Shown in pieces: positions 11,763-23,748 of a DNA stretch of 52,388 bases. A model generated the notes under the pieces. The model was not told where the DNA came from, ran no database searches, and saw only the letters and a program-made list of their open reading frames with translations. Origin of the DNA: Candidatus Peribacteria bacterium (GTDB lineage: Bacteria > Patescibacteriota > Gracilibacteria > BD1-5 > UBA2023). Where the stretch lies: NCBI GenBank assembly GCA_040383945.1, contig JBEICN010000003.1, positions 1 to 52,388 on the forward strand, written 5' to 3'. The translations under genes and the position numbers were made by a program. Every line of letters begins with the position of its first letter. Within the stretch, counting starts at the first letter, position 1.

Positions 11763-11915
11763 GCTTACAACCGAGGTTTTCAAAACAACATTTTTTCGTG
11801 TCTAACGAATAAAACGGGTGATTTTATCACCGCCCGTCACCTTCATTAGGCACGGAAATCTCGTTGTAAGCAAACTTGAATAGGTCGATAAAATCACCCG
11901 TTTTTGTTTGCTTAC
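11763..11915 (+). promoter_or_regulatory. Structured leader with interleaved complementary segments upstream of the methylase
   Basis: Perfect 18-bp inverted repeat 11811-11828/11887-11904 followed by Ts; its loop is complementary to flanking sites at 11763-11771, 11795-11809 and 11906-11915. Confidence 0.6.
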
Positions 11916-11961
11916 GGCACAATCTGAAAATTTCGGCAATTATCACTAATTGCCATTTTTT

Positions 11962-12975
11962 ATGTCTGAACCACCAATAATGAGAGACAAGAAGTCTTCA
12001 AATACATTTTTACGCAAGGCTAATTCAGCAAAGAAAGATGAATTTTATACTCAGCTCACTGACATTGAAAAGGAACTGGGGCACTACAAAGAACATTTCA
12101 AAGACAAAGTGATCTTCTGTAATTGTGATGATCCCGAAGAAAGTCATTTTTGGAAGTATTTTTCTATGAATTTCGAATATTTAGGTATCAAAAAATTGGT
12201 AGCCACTCATTTTGAGACAGAAAAACCATCCTATAAGATTGAGATTATTGGAGATAGAAATGAAGATGGAAAAATTAATTCACTTGATATTATCCGAACC
12301 CCCTTGAAGCAAAATGGAGATTTTCGCAGTCCTGAATGTATCGAAATACTCAAAGAATCTGATATTATTGTTACTAATCCACCATTTTCACTTTTCCGCG
12401 AGTATATAGCCCAGTTATTTGAATATGAAAAAAAATTTATCATTATTTGAAATCTAAATGCTATAACCTACAAAGAAATTTTTAAACTTATAAAAGAAAA
12501 TAAAATATGGCCTTGATGCACCCTTGATGGAAGGAACATCTGGTTTAGAATTCCTGATAGCTATGAAAAATTTCACAAGATTGAGAACTGAATCAAATAT
12601 GCTTTTGTAGCAAGTACTATTTGGTTTACTAATATGGATTATAGTAAACGACATGAGGATCTTATTTTATATAAAACATATAACGAAAATGAATATCCAA
12701 ATTATGATAATTATAATGCTATTAATGTTGATAAAACTAAAGATATTCCTTTGGATTATCCTGGATTAATAGGTGTTCCAATTACTTTTTTGCTTAAATA
12801 TAATCCAGAACAATTTGAAATTATTGATTGATTGAATCGGTATAGCATTTTAGATTGACCTACAATAGAAACAAAAGGTAAATATTTGGCTCAAGTACAT
12901 GGTAAACCAATTTACATTCGCATCATCATCAAAAACAAACACCCCCAACCACTAATTTCCACTCCATGAAAATAG
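11962..12975 (+). CDS. Adenine-specific DNA methyltransferase, EcoRI family
   Basis: KKDEFYTQ, FCNCDDP, GDFRSPEC, VTNPPFSLFREY and GVPITFL motifs; reads through TGA codons to TAG 12973-12975; start could be 11980. Confidence 0.9.
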
Positions 12976-14048
12976 AACTCCGAGAAATCTCCATCCGTGA
13001 AGTTACCACAGGTTATTCCAACAACCAAGAAGACGGTGTTATCGGTTTTGGTGGCAAACTCAACATTCGCCCAAAATACCAGCGCGAATTCGTGTACAAA
13101 GACCGACAACGCGATTCCGTTATCGAGACCGTTCGCAAGCGTTTTCCCCTCAATGTGATGTATTGGGTCAAAAATTCCGATGACACCTACGAAGTGCTCG
13201 ACGGACAACAACGAACGATCAGTATTTGCGAGTATGTCGCTGGGAAATTCTCGCTGAATTTCCAATATTTTCACAATCTCACCGATACCGAACAAGAACA
13301 CATTTTGGATTATAAGCTCATGGTCTACTTTTGCGAAGGCGACGACCGCGAAAAGCTCGATTGGTTCAAGACTATCAATATCGCAGGCGAGAAACTCACC
13401 GATCAGGAGCTTCGCAACGCCATCTACACGGGCACTTGGCTTACGGAAGCGAAGCGATATTTTAGCAGAACGGGTTGTCCTGCATATGGTATCGGCAGTG
13501 ATTACCTTACCGGATCGCCTATCCGCCAAGAATATCTTGAAACCGCAATTCGCTGGATACATGATGGAGAAATAGAATCCTACATGTCCCAAAAACAACT
13601 TGATCCAAATGCCAACGAACTCTGGCTCTTTTTTCAGAGTGTTATCAGCTGGACTCGGGCAACTTTTCCCGAGTATCGAAAAGAAATGAAAGGGGTAGAA
13701 TTCGGAAAACTCTACCATATCTACGCAAAAACTCCGATTGACTCTCAAAAAATTGAAGCAGAAATCTCGCTCCTTATGCAGGATGAAGATGTTACAAAAA
13801 AATCTGGAATTTATGAATTCGTATTAACTCGAAATGAAAAATTCCTCAATATCCGAGCTTTTACCGAGAAGCAAAAACGAGAATCTTACGAACGACAAAA
13901 AGGTATCTGCGTAGCTTGCATACAGCATTTTCTCATAGATGAAATGGAAGCAGATCATATCACTCCATGGCATGCCGGAGGTAAAACAACTGCCCAAAAT
14001 TGCCAAATGCTCTGCAAGAATTGCAATCGTACGAAGTCGGGGAAATAA
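12966..14048 (+). CDS. DUF262-domain + C-terminal HNH endonuclease (putative restriction partner)
   Basis: RPKYQREFVY and VLDGQQRT (DUF262); CVAC...EADHITPWHAGGKTTAQNCQMLCKNCNRTK (HNH). Confidence 0.9.
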   Translation: MKIELREISIREVTTGYSNNQEDGVIGFGGKLNIRPKYQREFVYKDRQRDSVIETVRKRFPLNVMYWVKNSDDTYEVLDGQQRTISICEYVAGKFSLNFQYFHNLTDTEQEHILDYKLMVYFCEGDDREKLDWFKTINIAGEKLTDQELRNAIYTGTWLTEAKRYFSRTGCPAYGIGSDYLTGSPIRQEYLETAIRWIHDGEIESYMSQKQLDPNANELWLFFQSVISWTRATFPEYRKEMKGVEFGKLYHIYAKTPIDSQKIEAEISLLMQDEDVTKKSGIYEFVLTRNEKFLNIRAFTEKQKRESYERQKGICVACIQHFLIDEMEADHITPWHAGGKTTAQNCQMLCKNCNRTKSGK

Positions 14049-14254
14049 AAACATGAACCACCCCCGCCACTCGTAGATCCCAAAGATATTTTGTGAACTG
14101 CCAGATAAGTATGAGCCATGCCATATCCCACAAATTTGAGAGATTTCCCGTCGGACGATATTGATTGAGGTGATACACGATGACGCTCCAGCTCGCTCAT
14201 GCACGCAGGCCAGAAAATCAAAAATACGGATTGGTGGCTTTTGTCATCGAGGAA

Positions 14255-14794
14255 TTAAGGCTGGGTTTTGTCGAGGAATATATCCACTTTCTCCAAAAAT
14301 TCATCGACAAATATATTTTCCAGTGTTGCTAATTCGTTTTTGGAAAACTTCGAGAGCACCCAATCGCTTACCTCATAGGCATCGTTCCTTCCGATGCCGA
14401 TCTTTATTCGAGGAATACTATCTGTTCAGAGAGCATCGATGATAGATTTAATTCCGTTTTGCCCCCCCGAAGTTCCCTTTTCTCGATATCGAATTTTACC
14501 AAAATCTTGATCGATGTCGTCGGAAATCATGAGTAAATCCTTCGCTCATAGCTTGTAAAATGTGAGTAGTGATGCGACTGATTTCCCAGACGCGTTCATG
14601 TATGTGGTCGGCTTGAGAAGGAATACCCGTTCACCATGAATCATCCCTTCACTTATTACGCCAAAATGTTTACTTGATTCGAATTCGGGAAAATTAAGCT
14701 CGTCTCGAAGAAAATCTATCGCTAAAAAACCCGCGTTGTGACGGGTTTTTTCGTATACTTTCCCTGGATTTCCAAGTCCAACAATACATTTCAT
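14255..14794 (-). CDS. pth: Peptidyl-tRNA hydrolase
   Basis: IVGLGNPG...TRHNAGF, KPTTYMNASG, GTSGGQNGIKSII, RIKIGIGR; extends through TGA to TAA. Confidence 0.93.
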
Positions 14795-14796
14795 GA

Positions 14797-15339
14797 TTAC
14801 TCTCCGGTTCCAACGACAACTTTGGCGTGTCGAATCACCTTTTCGCCGAGCTGGTATCCTTTTTCGAATTCTGAGATAATTTGTCCAGCCGGACCTGGTC
14901 CTTGGCTCATGGCTTCGTGCAGTGATGGATCCAACTCTTTGCCAAGACTTTCAAAAGCAGATACACCCATTCCCTCAAGAACTCGACTCAGTCCAGTTGC
15001 AGCGTGTTTGACACCCTCATACACGGCTCAGTTTTGAAGTTCTACCGGAGTGCCAGATACAACGCGATCCAAATTATCGAGTGTAGGTAGTATTTTTTTT
15101 ACAAAAGATTCCGTAAAAAATGTGGCCATTTCGCGACGCTCACTTTCGCTTCGCTTGAGAAGGTTTTGGTAATCGGCCGTAGCTCGTGCAAGCGCTTCGG
15201 TAAGTTTTTTGATTTTTTCCGCGTCATTTGTATCGGCAGGAGGAGTATCGGCATCTTCCGCGACTACTTCTTCCGTAGCATCTGTTACCGTAGTGCTATC
15301 ATTTTCAAGAATTTCTTCGTTTTGAGTTGTCTGAGTCAT
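14797..15339 (-). CDS. grpE: Nucleotide exchange factor GrpE
   Basis: RATADYQN...LPTLDNLDR...DPSLHEAM...KGYQLGEKVIRHAKVVV; two track ORFs joined at one TGA. Confidence 0.93.
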
Positions 15340-15341
15340 AG

Positions 15342-15842
15342 TTATTTGATTTTCTTTTTAAGAGAGGCAAATTTTTGTTGGAGATCTTTTTTGAGATCTT
15401 TGGAGACGGAGTCGACTTTTTTTGAGAGCATTTTACCCATTTCTTCGGATTCTGATTTTGCCATTTCAGCGAGTTCTTTTGCTTCAGAAATAATTCTATC
15501 AATGGTCTCTTCTCGATGGTCGTAGAGCTTTTTTACTTCTGCCGTAATTTCGGACTTTTTGAGCATGCCTTGTTTTACCAGGCGCTTGATTTCTTTTTCA
15601 GATTCTTTTTTGAAAGTTTCGATTTCTGTGAGTGCTTGGGACTTGAGTTTGGCAAGTTTTTCTCGATTTTCCGTACTAAAAATCTTTTGTTCTGCCTCGG
15701 TCCAGAGATTTTTGTGAATATCTTTGATATCTTCCGATAGCATGGAAACATTTTTGCCTCCACCATCCTTGCCGAACTTCAAAGCCACGAGCAAACCTGC
15801 AAGATATCCGAGTCAAAGCATAAGAAATTTTGATTTTTTCAT
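15342..15842 (-). CDS. Membrane-anchored coiled-coil protein (YtxH-like architecture)
   Basis: MKKSKFLMLGLGYLAGLLVAL hydrophobic N-terminus followed by Lys/Glu-rich helices. Confidence 0.7.
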
Positions 15843-15941
15843 AGGAGTGGTTTGGTAAAGTACGTCTCATATGGTAACTTGATATACCAAAAAAGCAAGC
15901 GAGTTTTTGCATCAAAATGGATTATCTGTTACTATAAAAAT

Positions 15942-17024
15942 ATGTCCCTCGATCAATTCAAACTGCTTCTCAATGAAGTTATTCAACATCAGCTTTCTGA
16001 TCTTCATATCACGACCGGCATGGTCCCCTATATTCGCACGCAAGATGGAGCGGTTGTACCGATAGAAAATTTTGAAAAAGTAAGCCTCGAACTCATGCGC
16101 GAAATTGCCTCTTTTGCGCTTCCTGCAGATCGACGAGGCGCTTGGCCAACCGAAAAAGAATTAGACGCTTCATTTGAATACGCTGGACAAAGATTTCGAG
16201 TAAATGCCTATTTTGAGTCTCGGTGACCATCTCTCGCAATTCGAATGATAAAAAAAGAAATTCCAAAACCTGAAGATCTCTGAATTCCGACAGCTTTTAT
16301 TGATCTTTTCAAAAGAAAGCAGGGATTGATACTGGTGACGGGGGCTACCGGATCTGGGAAAACCACCGCCCTTGCTTCTTTGATCGAAAAGGTAAACCAA
16401 GAGCAACATGCACATATTCTTACCATTGAGGATCCGATAGAATTTGTATTTGAGTCAAAAAAATCGCTCATACACCAGCGAGAAATATCTACCCATACTC
16501 AAAATTTTGCAAAAGCTATACGAAGCAGTCTCCGAGAAGATCCAGACATTGTTATGATTGGAGAGATGCGCGATCCAGAAACCATGGCCGCAGCGATTAC
16601 TCTCGCAGAAACGGGACACTTGGTGGTCTCGACACTTCATACCAACGATACCGTTCAAGCAGTAGATCGCATTGTGGACTCCTTTCCTACTTGAGTCCAA
16701 GGACAGATACGGGTACAATTAGGCATGGCGCTTTCTGGAATTATGAGTCAGTCACTCCTTGCCAAAAAAAATGGAAACGGTCGCGTCGCCGCGAGGGAAG
16801 TTCTCATCAACAACGACGGGATTCGATCCCTGATAATTCGTGGAGTGACCCATCAGATATATTCTATGATCGAATTGAGTTCCGAAGAAGGAATGTTCCT
16901 TATGGACCGCTCCTTGGAATCACTGTATCTCAACGGAAGTATTTCTCAGGAAGTTTTTTTTAGTCGAGTTCGTGATAAAGACGTAGTACAAGTGCATTTA
17001 GATCGTATATGAACAAAAAAATAG
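15942..17024 (+). CDS. pilT: Type IV pilus retraction ATPase, PilT/PilU family
   Basis: SDLHIT, RFRVNAY, GATGSGKTT, TIEDPIE, AIRSSLREDPD, AETGHLVVSTLHT. Confidence 0.93.
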
Positions 17025-17950
17025 AAACACCCGCTCTTTCTGAAAATGTGAAGCCAGGAATCGAATGACTTCGCAAGGAATTATCCATTGCTCCAGTACT
17101 GGCTTTTTTGGATCGCTTTGATAGTTTTGTGCAAAAAAAGAAAAAGATGTTACGCAAGGGGGAAACACTTTTTGAGCCAGGAGAAAACCCATATTTTTAT
17201 ATCGTTTCATCCGGAGCTTTGGGCATTTTTCGCATCAATCCGAGCGGTGAAGTCAAAGAGTTGGGAAAAGTATACACCGGGGCTTTTATTGGCGAAGGTG
17301 TCCTTTCTGAAAGAAATACCAAGGATGTGCTTGTGAATTCGATTACTGAAAAAACCATGGTGGTCGCTTTGACAAAAGAAGAAATTGAATACTTGGAATC
17401 CCAAGATCCCGCAATACTTGCCAAGCTCTACAAACATATCAACAATATTACGAGTTTACGACTTTCTGAGACTGGTAAAGAATTGGCGCTCATGTATGAG
17501 TACACCCAAAAAATTAAAGAATATCAAGAGCTTTGACAGCGAGGACTTATCGCTGGAGTAGACCACATGAAGGATATGCTCGCACTGGATGCTATTCTCA
17601 TGATAGAGCAGCATCCCTTTGTTCCAGGATTGTTTATCTATAAGTACAATACCAAATTCCCATCAGTTTGGCCCATGAACCAAAAGGTAGACCCCAAAAT
17701 CACCATTACTCCTGGTTTTTCCCAAGTAGATTTTTTGACGCTTTGACAGTGACAACAACTGTATATTGAGCCAATGACCATGGGGGAAGAGACGGTGGGG
17801 TACTTGGTGGCCTCAAAAAAGAACGGACAAATTATGTCGGACAGCGAAATTCGTATTATGAAGCATACTACACCATTAATTGCCACTATGCTTCGCGAGG
17901 TCCAACATAAGCAGAATGAAAAAGAAATAATGCTCAAGAATCAGTCCTAA
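17009..17950 (+). CDS. Cyclic-nucleotide-binding domain protein with C-terminal GAF-like region
   Basis: LRKGETLFEPGE...FYIVSSG...GAFIGEG...R pattern; C-terminal EPMTMGEETVGYLVA...SDSEIRIM resembles a GAF end; no HTH evident. Confidence 0.75.
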
Positions 17951-18024
17951 GCTTGTATTTCGCAGGCAGTCCGCATCGTTCTTTTGCCGTATTTTCTGTT
18001 TCGCATATACTCAAGCCATAAAAT

Positions 18025-20439
18025 ATGTCAAAATTAGTTCTTTGCGAAGTTCGTGTAGATCGCCTCAATGAAAAAGGGGTTTTTGTTGCGGAACAAATTC
18101 TTAATGTATTGCACAGCGTACAGGAGGCTCCGCGTTCGAGTTTTTTTGGAAGACGCCAGCCCGAATTGCTACCATTTACTTTTGAGGTGGCCAATATCGA
18201 CGGAGTGGTTCGATTCTTTTTTAGCACTCCAGAGGAATATCTTGGCATACTACAAAATCAGATTTACGCTCATTTTCCGAATGTTGAGTTTCATGTAACG
18301 GAAGAGTATTTTCCAGATGGCCCAGTACATGTGGCAGAAATGTCTCTCACGAGGGAGTATTTTTACCCATTAAAAATATATACAGACCTGAAGGATCGAA
18401 GCGAGAAAGAGACGATCGACCCGCTTTCTTCTATTACGAGCGCTTTATCCAAGGCCACCAAAGATACCCCGCTCTTACTTCAGGTGTGCTTTAGTCCCAT
18501 TCCAGACTCGTATTGGAAAAGTTTAGATCAAGTAGAAATATTTTTATCTCATCGCCCAAAGTGGATCAAGAAGCTCCTCAGTTCTCCATATGGAAAAATT
18601 GTCGATATTCTTTTTCGTCCGCTGGTGCTGATGGCCAAGTTTATACGCTTAATCGTACGAGGCACTGCCTCAGAAGAGGTTTCGCATGGAGAAGCTGCCA
18701 AAGGTCACTCTGAACTAGAAGCGCTGGTCCTTGAGAAAACAAAAACCTATGGATTTGCCGTTTCTGTACGCGCTGCTACTTTTTTGAGCGATCCTATGCT
18801 CGCCAAGGCACTACTTCGTGATTTGAGTAATTCTCTGCAGATCTTGAATCGCCCAAGTGGAAATTCTCTCAAGGTGGGCACTATAATTCACACTCATGAG
18901 CTTCTAAAACGTAGGACCAATGACGGAAAAATGATATTAAATTCTGCAGAACTTGCGGGCTTGGTGCATTTGCCGACAGTGTATGTAAAATCTCCTGGAA
19001 TAAATTGGGTCACCACAAAAAAGTTTGAGCCACCAGCAAATCTTCCGGTGTCTTTCAAAGAGAACTCAGATGTTACTCCACTCGGAAGTACTAATTTTCG
19101 AGGGACAGACACTCCATTTTGACTTATGCCAGAAGATCGACGTCGGCATGTGTATGTGATTGGTAAAACGGGTATGGGAAAATCTACCCTACTCGAAAAT
19201 ATGATTTTTGATGACATCAATAAGTGACGAGGGGTGGGTCTGGTAGATCCACATGGAGACTTGGCAGAAGCTATACTCGCGTTTATTCCAAAGCATCGCA
19301 CCAATGATGTAATCCTTTTTGATCCTTCTGATTCCAAGCATCCGATAGCCTTTAACATGCTCGAACAAGTAGTTCCTGAGCTGCGCCCTATTGTAGCCTC
19401 GTGACTGGTGGGTGTTTTTAAGAAAATATTTGGTGAAAGCTGGGGGCCACGCTTGGAGCATATTCTTCGCAATACCGTCATGACTTTGCTTGAGGTTCCG
19501 GATGCAACCATAATGTCCATTCCCTTGATGCTTACGATGAAGTCGTATCGGAAGAAGGTGGTATCAAAAATCAAAGATCCTATTTTGAAAAAATTCTGGG
19601 AGTCAGAATTTGAGGCCATGTGAAGCTCGGGGCAGACAGAAGCCGCCGGGCCAATTCTCAACAAGGTAGGACAGTTTCTCTCAAGCCCGCTCGTGCGCAA
19701 TATTGTCGGTCAGCCAAAAAATCCTTTTTCTCTTCGCTGGGCGATGGACAATGGCAAAATTGTCATCATCAATCTTTCCAAGGGGAAAATTGGAGAAGAT
19801 TCCTCCGCTCTACTCGGAGCGATGATGATTACCAAATTCCAAATTGATGCCATGAGTCGTGCGGATATTCTTGAGGGGAAGCGACGCGATTTTTATTTGT
19901 ATGTTGACGAGTTTCAAAATTTTGCTACTGATTCTTTTGCGACCATTCTTTCAGAGGCTCGAAAATATAAATTGAATCTTGTCATGGCAAACCAGTATAT
20001 TGAGCAGATGAACGAAATGGTGCAAGGTGCGGTTTTTGGAAATGTGGGAACCATTGTTTCGTTTCAGGTGGGAATTCATGATGCCAAAGTGCTTTCTGAA
20101 GTACTGGATGAAGAGTTAGTCATTCCGACCGATCTCATGAATCTCAAAAAGTACGATATCTATACCAAACTTCTCATTGATGGTATGCCTTCGCCAGTAT
20201 TCTCAGCGACCACTTTCCCACCGATCCGAACTCGACTTGATATTCCAGAGCAAAAACGAGATGTGGTTACCAAGGTTTCCCGTGAAAAATACTCCAAACC
20301 CGTGGACTTGGTAGAAAAGAAAATCATGGAATTCAACCAGAAGGTGGTCGAAGAAGAAAAGCAGTTCAAAGTGTCCGAAGAGGCATATAAGGAAAAGAAA
20401 AAAGAAGAACGTCGTAAGCAGAATGAGAATGCCAAATAG
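18025..20439 (+). CDS. VirD4/TraD/HerA-like P-loop ATPase with long N-terminal extension
   Basis: DRRRHVYVIGKTGMGKS, DPHGDL, FYLYVDEFQNF, SEARKYKLNLVMANQY; single frame through TGA. Confidence 0.88.
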
Positions 20440-21307
20440 CATACTTTTGGCACAGATATTGCCGTTTGAAGCTTCGCAGGATGCCCAGGGATTTACATAT
20501 ATTGTGCCCCAAGATCTTAGGGCTATTATTCAGATTGGACAATTGGTTCAAATGCCGCTACGAGGGGATGTGGCCCATGGTATCGTTGCGAGTCTTGATA
20601 GTGTCGCTCACGAAGTGGTTACCGATGAGCTCAAGACCATAACTCAAATCATCGAAAATACTCCGCTATTCCAGCCGGAGCAAATTCACACCATGCTGAG
20701 TTATGCGCAAAAACATGCGATCCACATTCACAAGGTTGCAGCCTTTTTTATGCCAGCGTCGATTCGCAATCGTATTACAAAGTATGGACTCAAGGCTCAA
20801 AATCCTGTGGCTTCATCGTGAGAATTGAGGAGTCAGGCCACCACCCCAGAGTTAGTATTTTTCCCGAATTCAAAAAATGTGCTCCTAGAAGCATGAGAGC
20901 TTCTCAAACATCCAGGGGTTGCTATCATTACCCCGAGCGATATTTTTACCCAAAAAGCACTTTCCTATTTTTGAGAAATCCCCCCAACTCTTGGCGTATT
21001 TGATACCTCTATGACCGAAACCGCCCGAGCGAAATTCTGGATAGATATTTTTTGAGATAAATATCATTCTGTGATTTGAACTCGGAGACTCGTTACATAT
21101 AATCTTAAGCGATTCCATACCGTGGTATTTCTCGAAGATACCCTGTTTCGTGAATTGTTACATTCGTTTCATCGATACCACGCATTAGAAATACTTTCTG
21201 GAAGTTTGCATGCTGGTCAAGAATTCCGAATTTATAGCTCCACTCCAAGCATCGAGAGTATGTCGCTTGCTCTCGCCAAAAAAATCAATTTCACCACTCG
21301 CTTGTAA
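20423..21307 (+). CDS. Short, degenerate PriA-like protein
   Basis: FTYIVP...IGQLVQMPLRG...GIV (3'-binding domain), VIGTR and SSTPSIES remnants; no Walker A or Cys-rich region; start 20423 or 20429. Confidence 0.65.
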
Positions 21308-21312
21308 ATTTC

Positions 21313-23631
21313 ATGGACTCGCTACTCCTCGTTCTACGCCGGCTGGCCCAAATCACCGTGAGAAAGCTCCAGCACTTGGATCGCATAAACTATCTCAAGA
21401 TTTTTTTTGCTATTTTTGGTCTGTACATTATCTGGACAACCTTTCGATATACGGTTTTGGAAAATCAATACTATCAGGAGTTGGCTGACAAACAGCAGAC
21501 TATCACGGTAAAAAATCCAGTTTCCCGTGGAACTATCTATTCCAGTAATGAGCCATCAGGGGTATTTTCTACTTCTACCAATCTTCCTGATTTGGCCATA
21601 GACCCGCAAGCGAGATGAGATAGAAAGGCTATGATACAATTTGTTACTGACATCGTATATTTTGAATATTGTGCCAGAGAGCGGATACTTACCAACGACT
21701 GTCTTGATGGCGTACTTTCTTATATACGTGAACCGAGGGAAGATACTCAAAAATACACACCTGAACTATTGAAGAATAAGTTAAAAACTTCTTTGACGGC
21801 CCGAATCGAAAAGCCCTACTTGGACTTCGTGCTTCTCAAGGAAAATCTTTCTATCGATGAGATACAAAATTTTGAAGCTCTCAACATCAATGGAATTTTT
21901 CTCATATCTGGGAATGCGTATGTGAATCCTACTATTTTGGAAGATCCTGCATTTGCTTCAGAAAAACTTCAGGCCATTCTCGGAATGCCCAAGGCATCAC
22001 TTGATTACCTCATGAGCAAGCGAGCCATTCGCTATGTTAAGATTTTGAAGCGCATGAATCTTTCCACGAAGGATTTTATAGATACCAAGCTTACAGATGA
22101 AAAAGAGGCCATCAAAAAAGGATTCATTCGAGAAGAAGCTGGAATCGGCAATTATTTTATTCTTGAGCCGAATCCAACTCGTTTTTATCCAGAAAAAACT
22201 CTCGGAGGTCAGGTGATTGGCTTTGTCGATAACGAAGGTATTGGTCGATATGGTATTGAATCGTATTTTCAAGATTATCTTCAGGGGCAGGAGGGTGAGC
22301 GACAAACGAGAAAAGATGCTTCCGGAAGGACTATCGGTGGATATAATTTATCAGAAAAGAAAATGGTCGGAGGAGCGGACATCAAACTTACTATTGATCG
22401 AAATATTCAAAAGGAGGTGAGCCGACTTCTCAAGGAAGGCATAGAGTCATTTCGAGCAAACAAAGGATCTGTCGTAATTTTAGATCCCAAAACTGGGGCG
22501 GTGATCGCCATGGCAAATTATCCCGATTTTGATCCGAATTCGTTTGGTGATGTGTATGAGATTGAAAAAGTGAGTTATGCGAGATACCCTAGACCCACCT
22601 TTGATCTTATGGGTATGCCAGTATTCGTGGAAGATAGTTCTACGGGGAAGGAATATACCTATCTCGGTAAAAAGATATATTTGCGTCAAGCAACTGAATC
22701 CGAGCTTGGGAATGTGGCAATCGTAAAATATAAATTCAAAAATAATTTTTGACCAGGAGTGTATCAGAACGATGCCATCTCTGGACTGTATGAACCGGGT
22801 TCTGTATTCAAAGCCATTACCGCTTCTGTAGGTATTGATACCGGAGATATTAAGCCTACCGATACATACACAGATAAAGGTTTTGTAAAGATTGATAAAT
22901 ATACCATTAAGAATGTTTCCAAAGAATGTATCGGAAGGCATACCTACGCACATGCGCTTGACTGGTCTTGTAATGTGGGAATGATCGATATTGCACAAAA
23001 AATAGGAACATCGCTGTTTCATAAATATATCTTGGATTTTGGATTTGGTAACAAGACGAACATTACCTTGGAGGGTGAAACTTTTGGGCGAATCCCAAGT
23101 TATGAGAAGTGGTCGAGAACCGACTTATTTACCGCTTCTTTCGGACAGGGATTGATTACAGCGACTCCGCTTCAGATGGCAGCAGCGTATGTTGCTATTG
23201 CAAATGGGGGAATCTATTATGAACCATATATTGTCGATTCGATCACCTTTAGTGATGGGCGAGTCGCTCAGAATGTGCCAAAACCTCTGCGTCGAGTCAT
23301 CTCTGAGGCTGCTTCAAAAAAAGTGGTTGCCATGCTAACGGAGGGGGCTAAGGTTGGTTTTGCCAAAAAGGGAGGCGTAGAAGGGTACGATGTCGCAGGA
23401 AAGACCGGTACCTCACAAATCGCTACTCGTGGGGTGTACGAAACAGGCGGACCTGGACACACTATAACCTCTTACGGAGGATTTGCCCCAGCGAGTAATC
23501 CAAAGTTTGTTATGATCGTTAAAATCGATCGACCAAGATCGGCTGAGTTTTCTGAAACTACTTCCTCCGCTCTTTTTTCAAATATTGCAAAATATCTCTT
23601 GAATTATTATGCCATACCCAAAAATAAATAA
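21313..23631 (+). CDS. Class B penicillin-binding protein (FtsI-like)
   Basis: N-terminal TM, RGTIY, YEPGSVFK (SxxK), SCN, KTGT motifs. Confidence 0.92.
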
Positions 23632-23669
23632 TGGGTAAAAATCCTAGCCGAAGTAAGCCTTACTTTTGA

Positions 23670-23701
23670 AGGGTAGCCTTGCAGAGGAGGGTAGCCTTGC
23701 A
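23670..23701. repeat. 14-nt direct repeat AGGGTAGCCTTGCA x2
   Basis: Copies at 23670-23683 and 23688-23701. Confidence 0.8.
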
Positions 23702-23704
23702 AAC

Positions 23705-23739
23705 AAAAAAATATAGCATACATGATGCTATATTTTTTT
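23705..23739. terminator. Bidirectional terminator
   Basis: aaaaaaatatagcat-acatg-atgctatatttttttt between convergent genes. Confidence 0.75.
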
Positions 23740-23748
23740 GAGAGAAGA

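Noticed and set aside
12912-13748. 278-aa antisense ORF, and similar ones at 18894-19700 and 43138-43767
   Set aside because: Shadows of well-supported genes on the opposite strand
14050-14250. Possible gene remnant between the HNH nuclease and pth
   Set aside because: No frame gave a recognisable protein
23641-23701. Direct repeat as a CRISPR remnant
   Set aside because: Only two 14-nt copies 4 nt apart, and no cas genes; no CRISPR array was seen in the window
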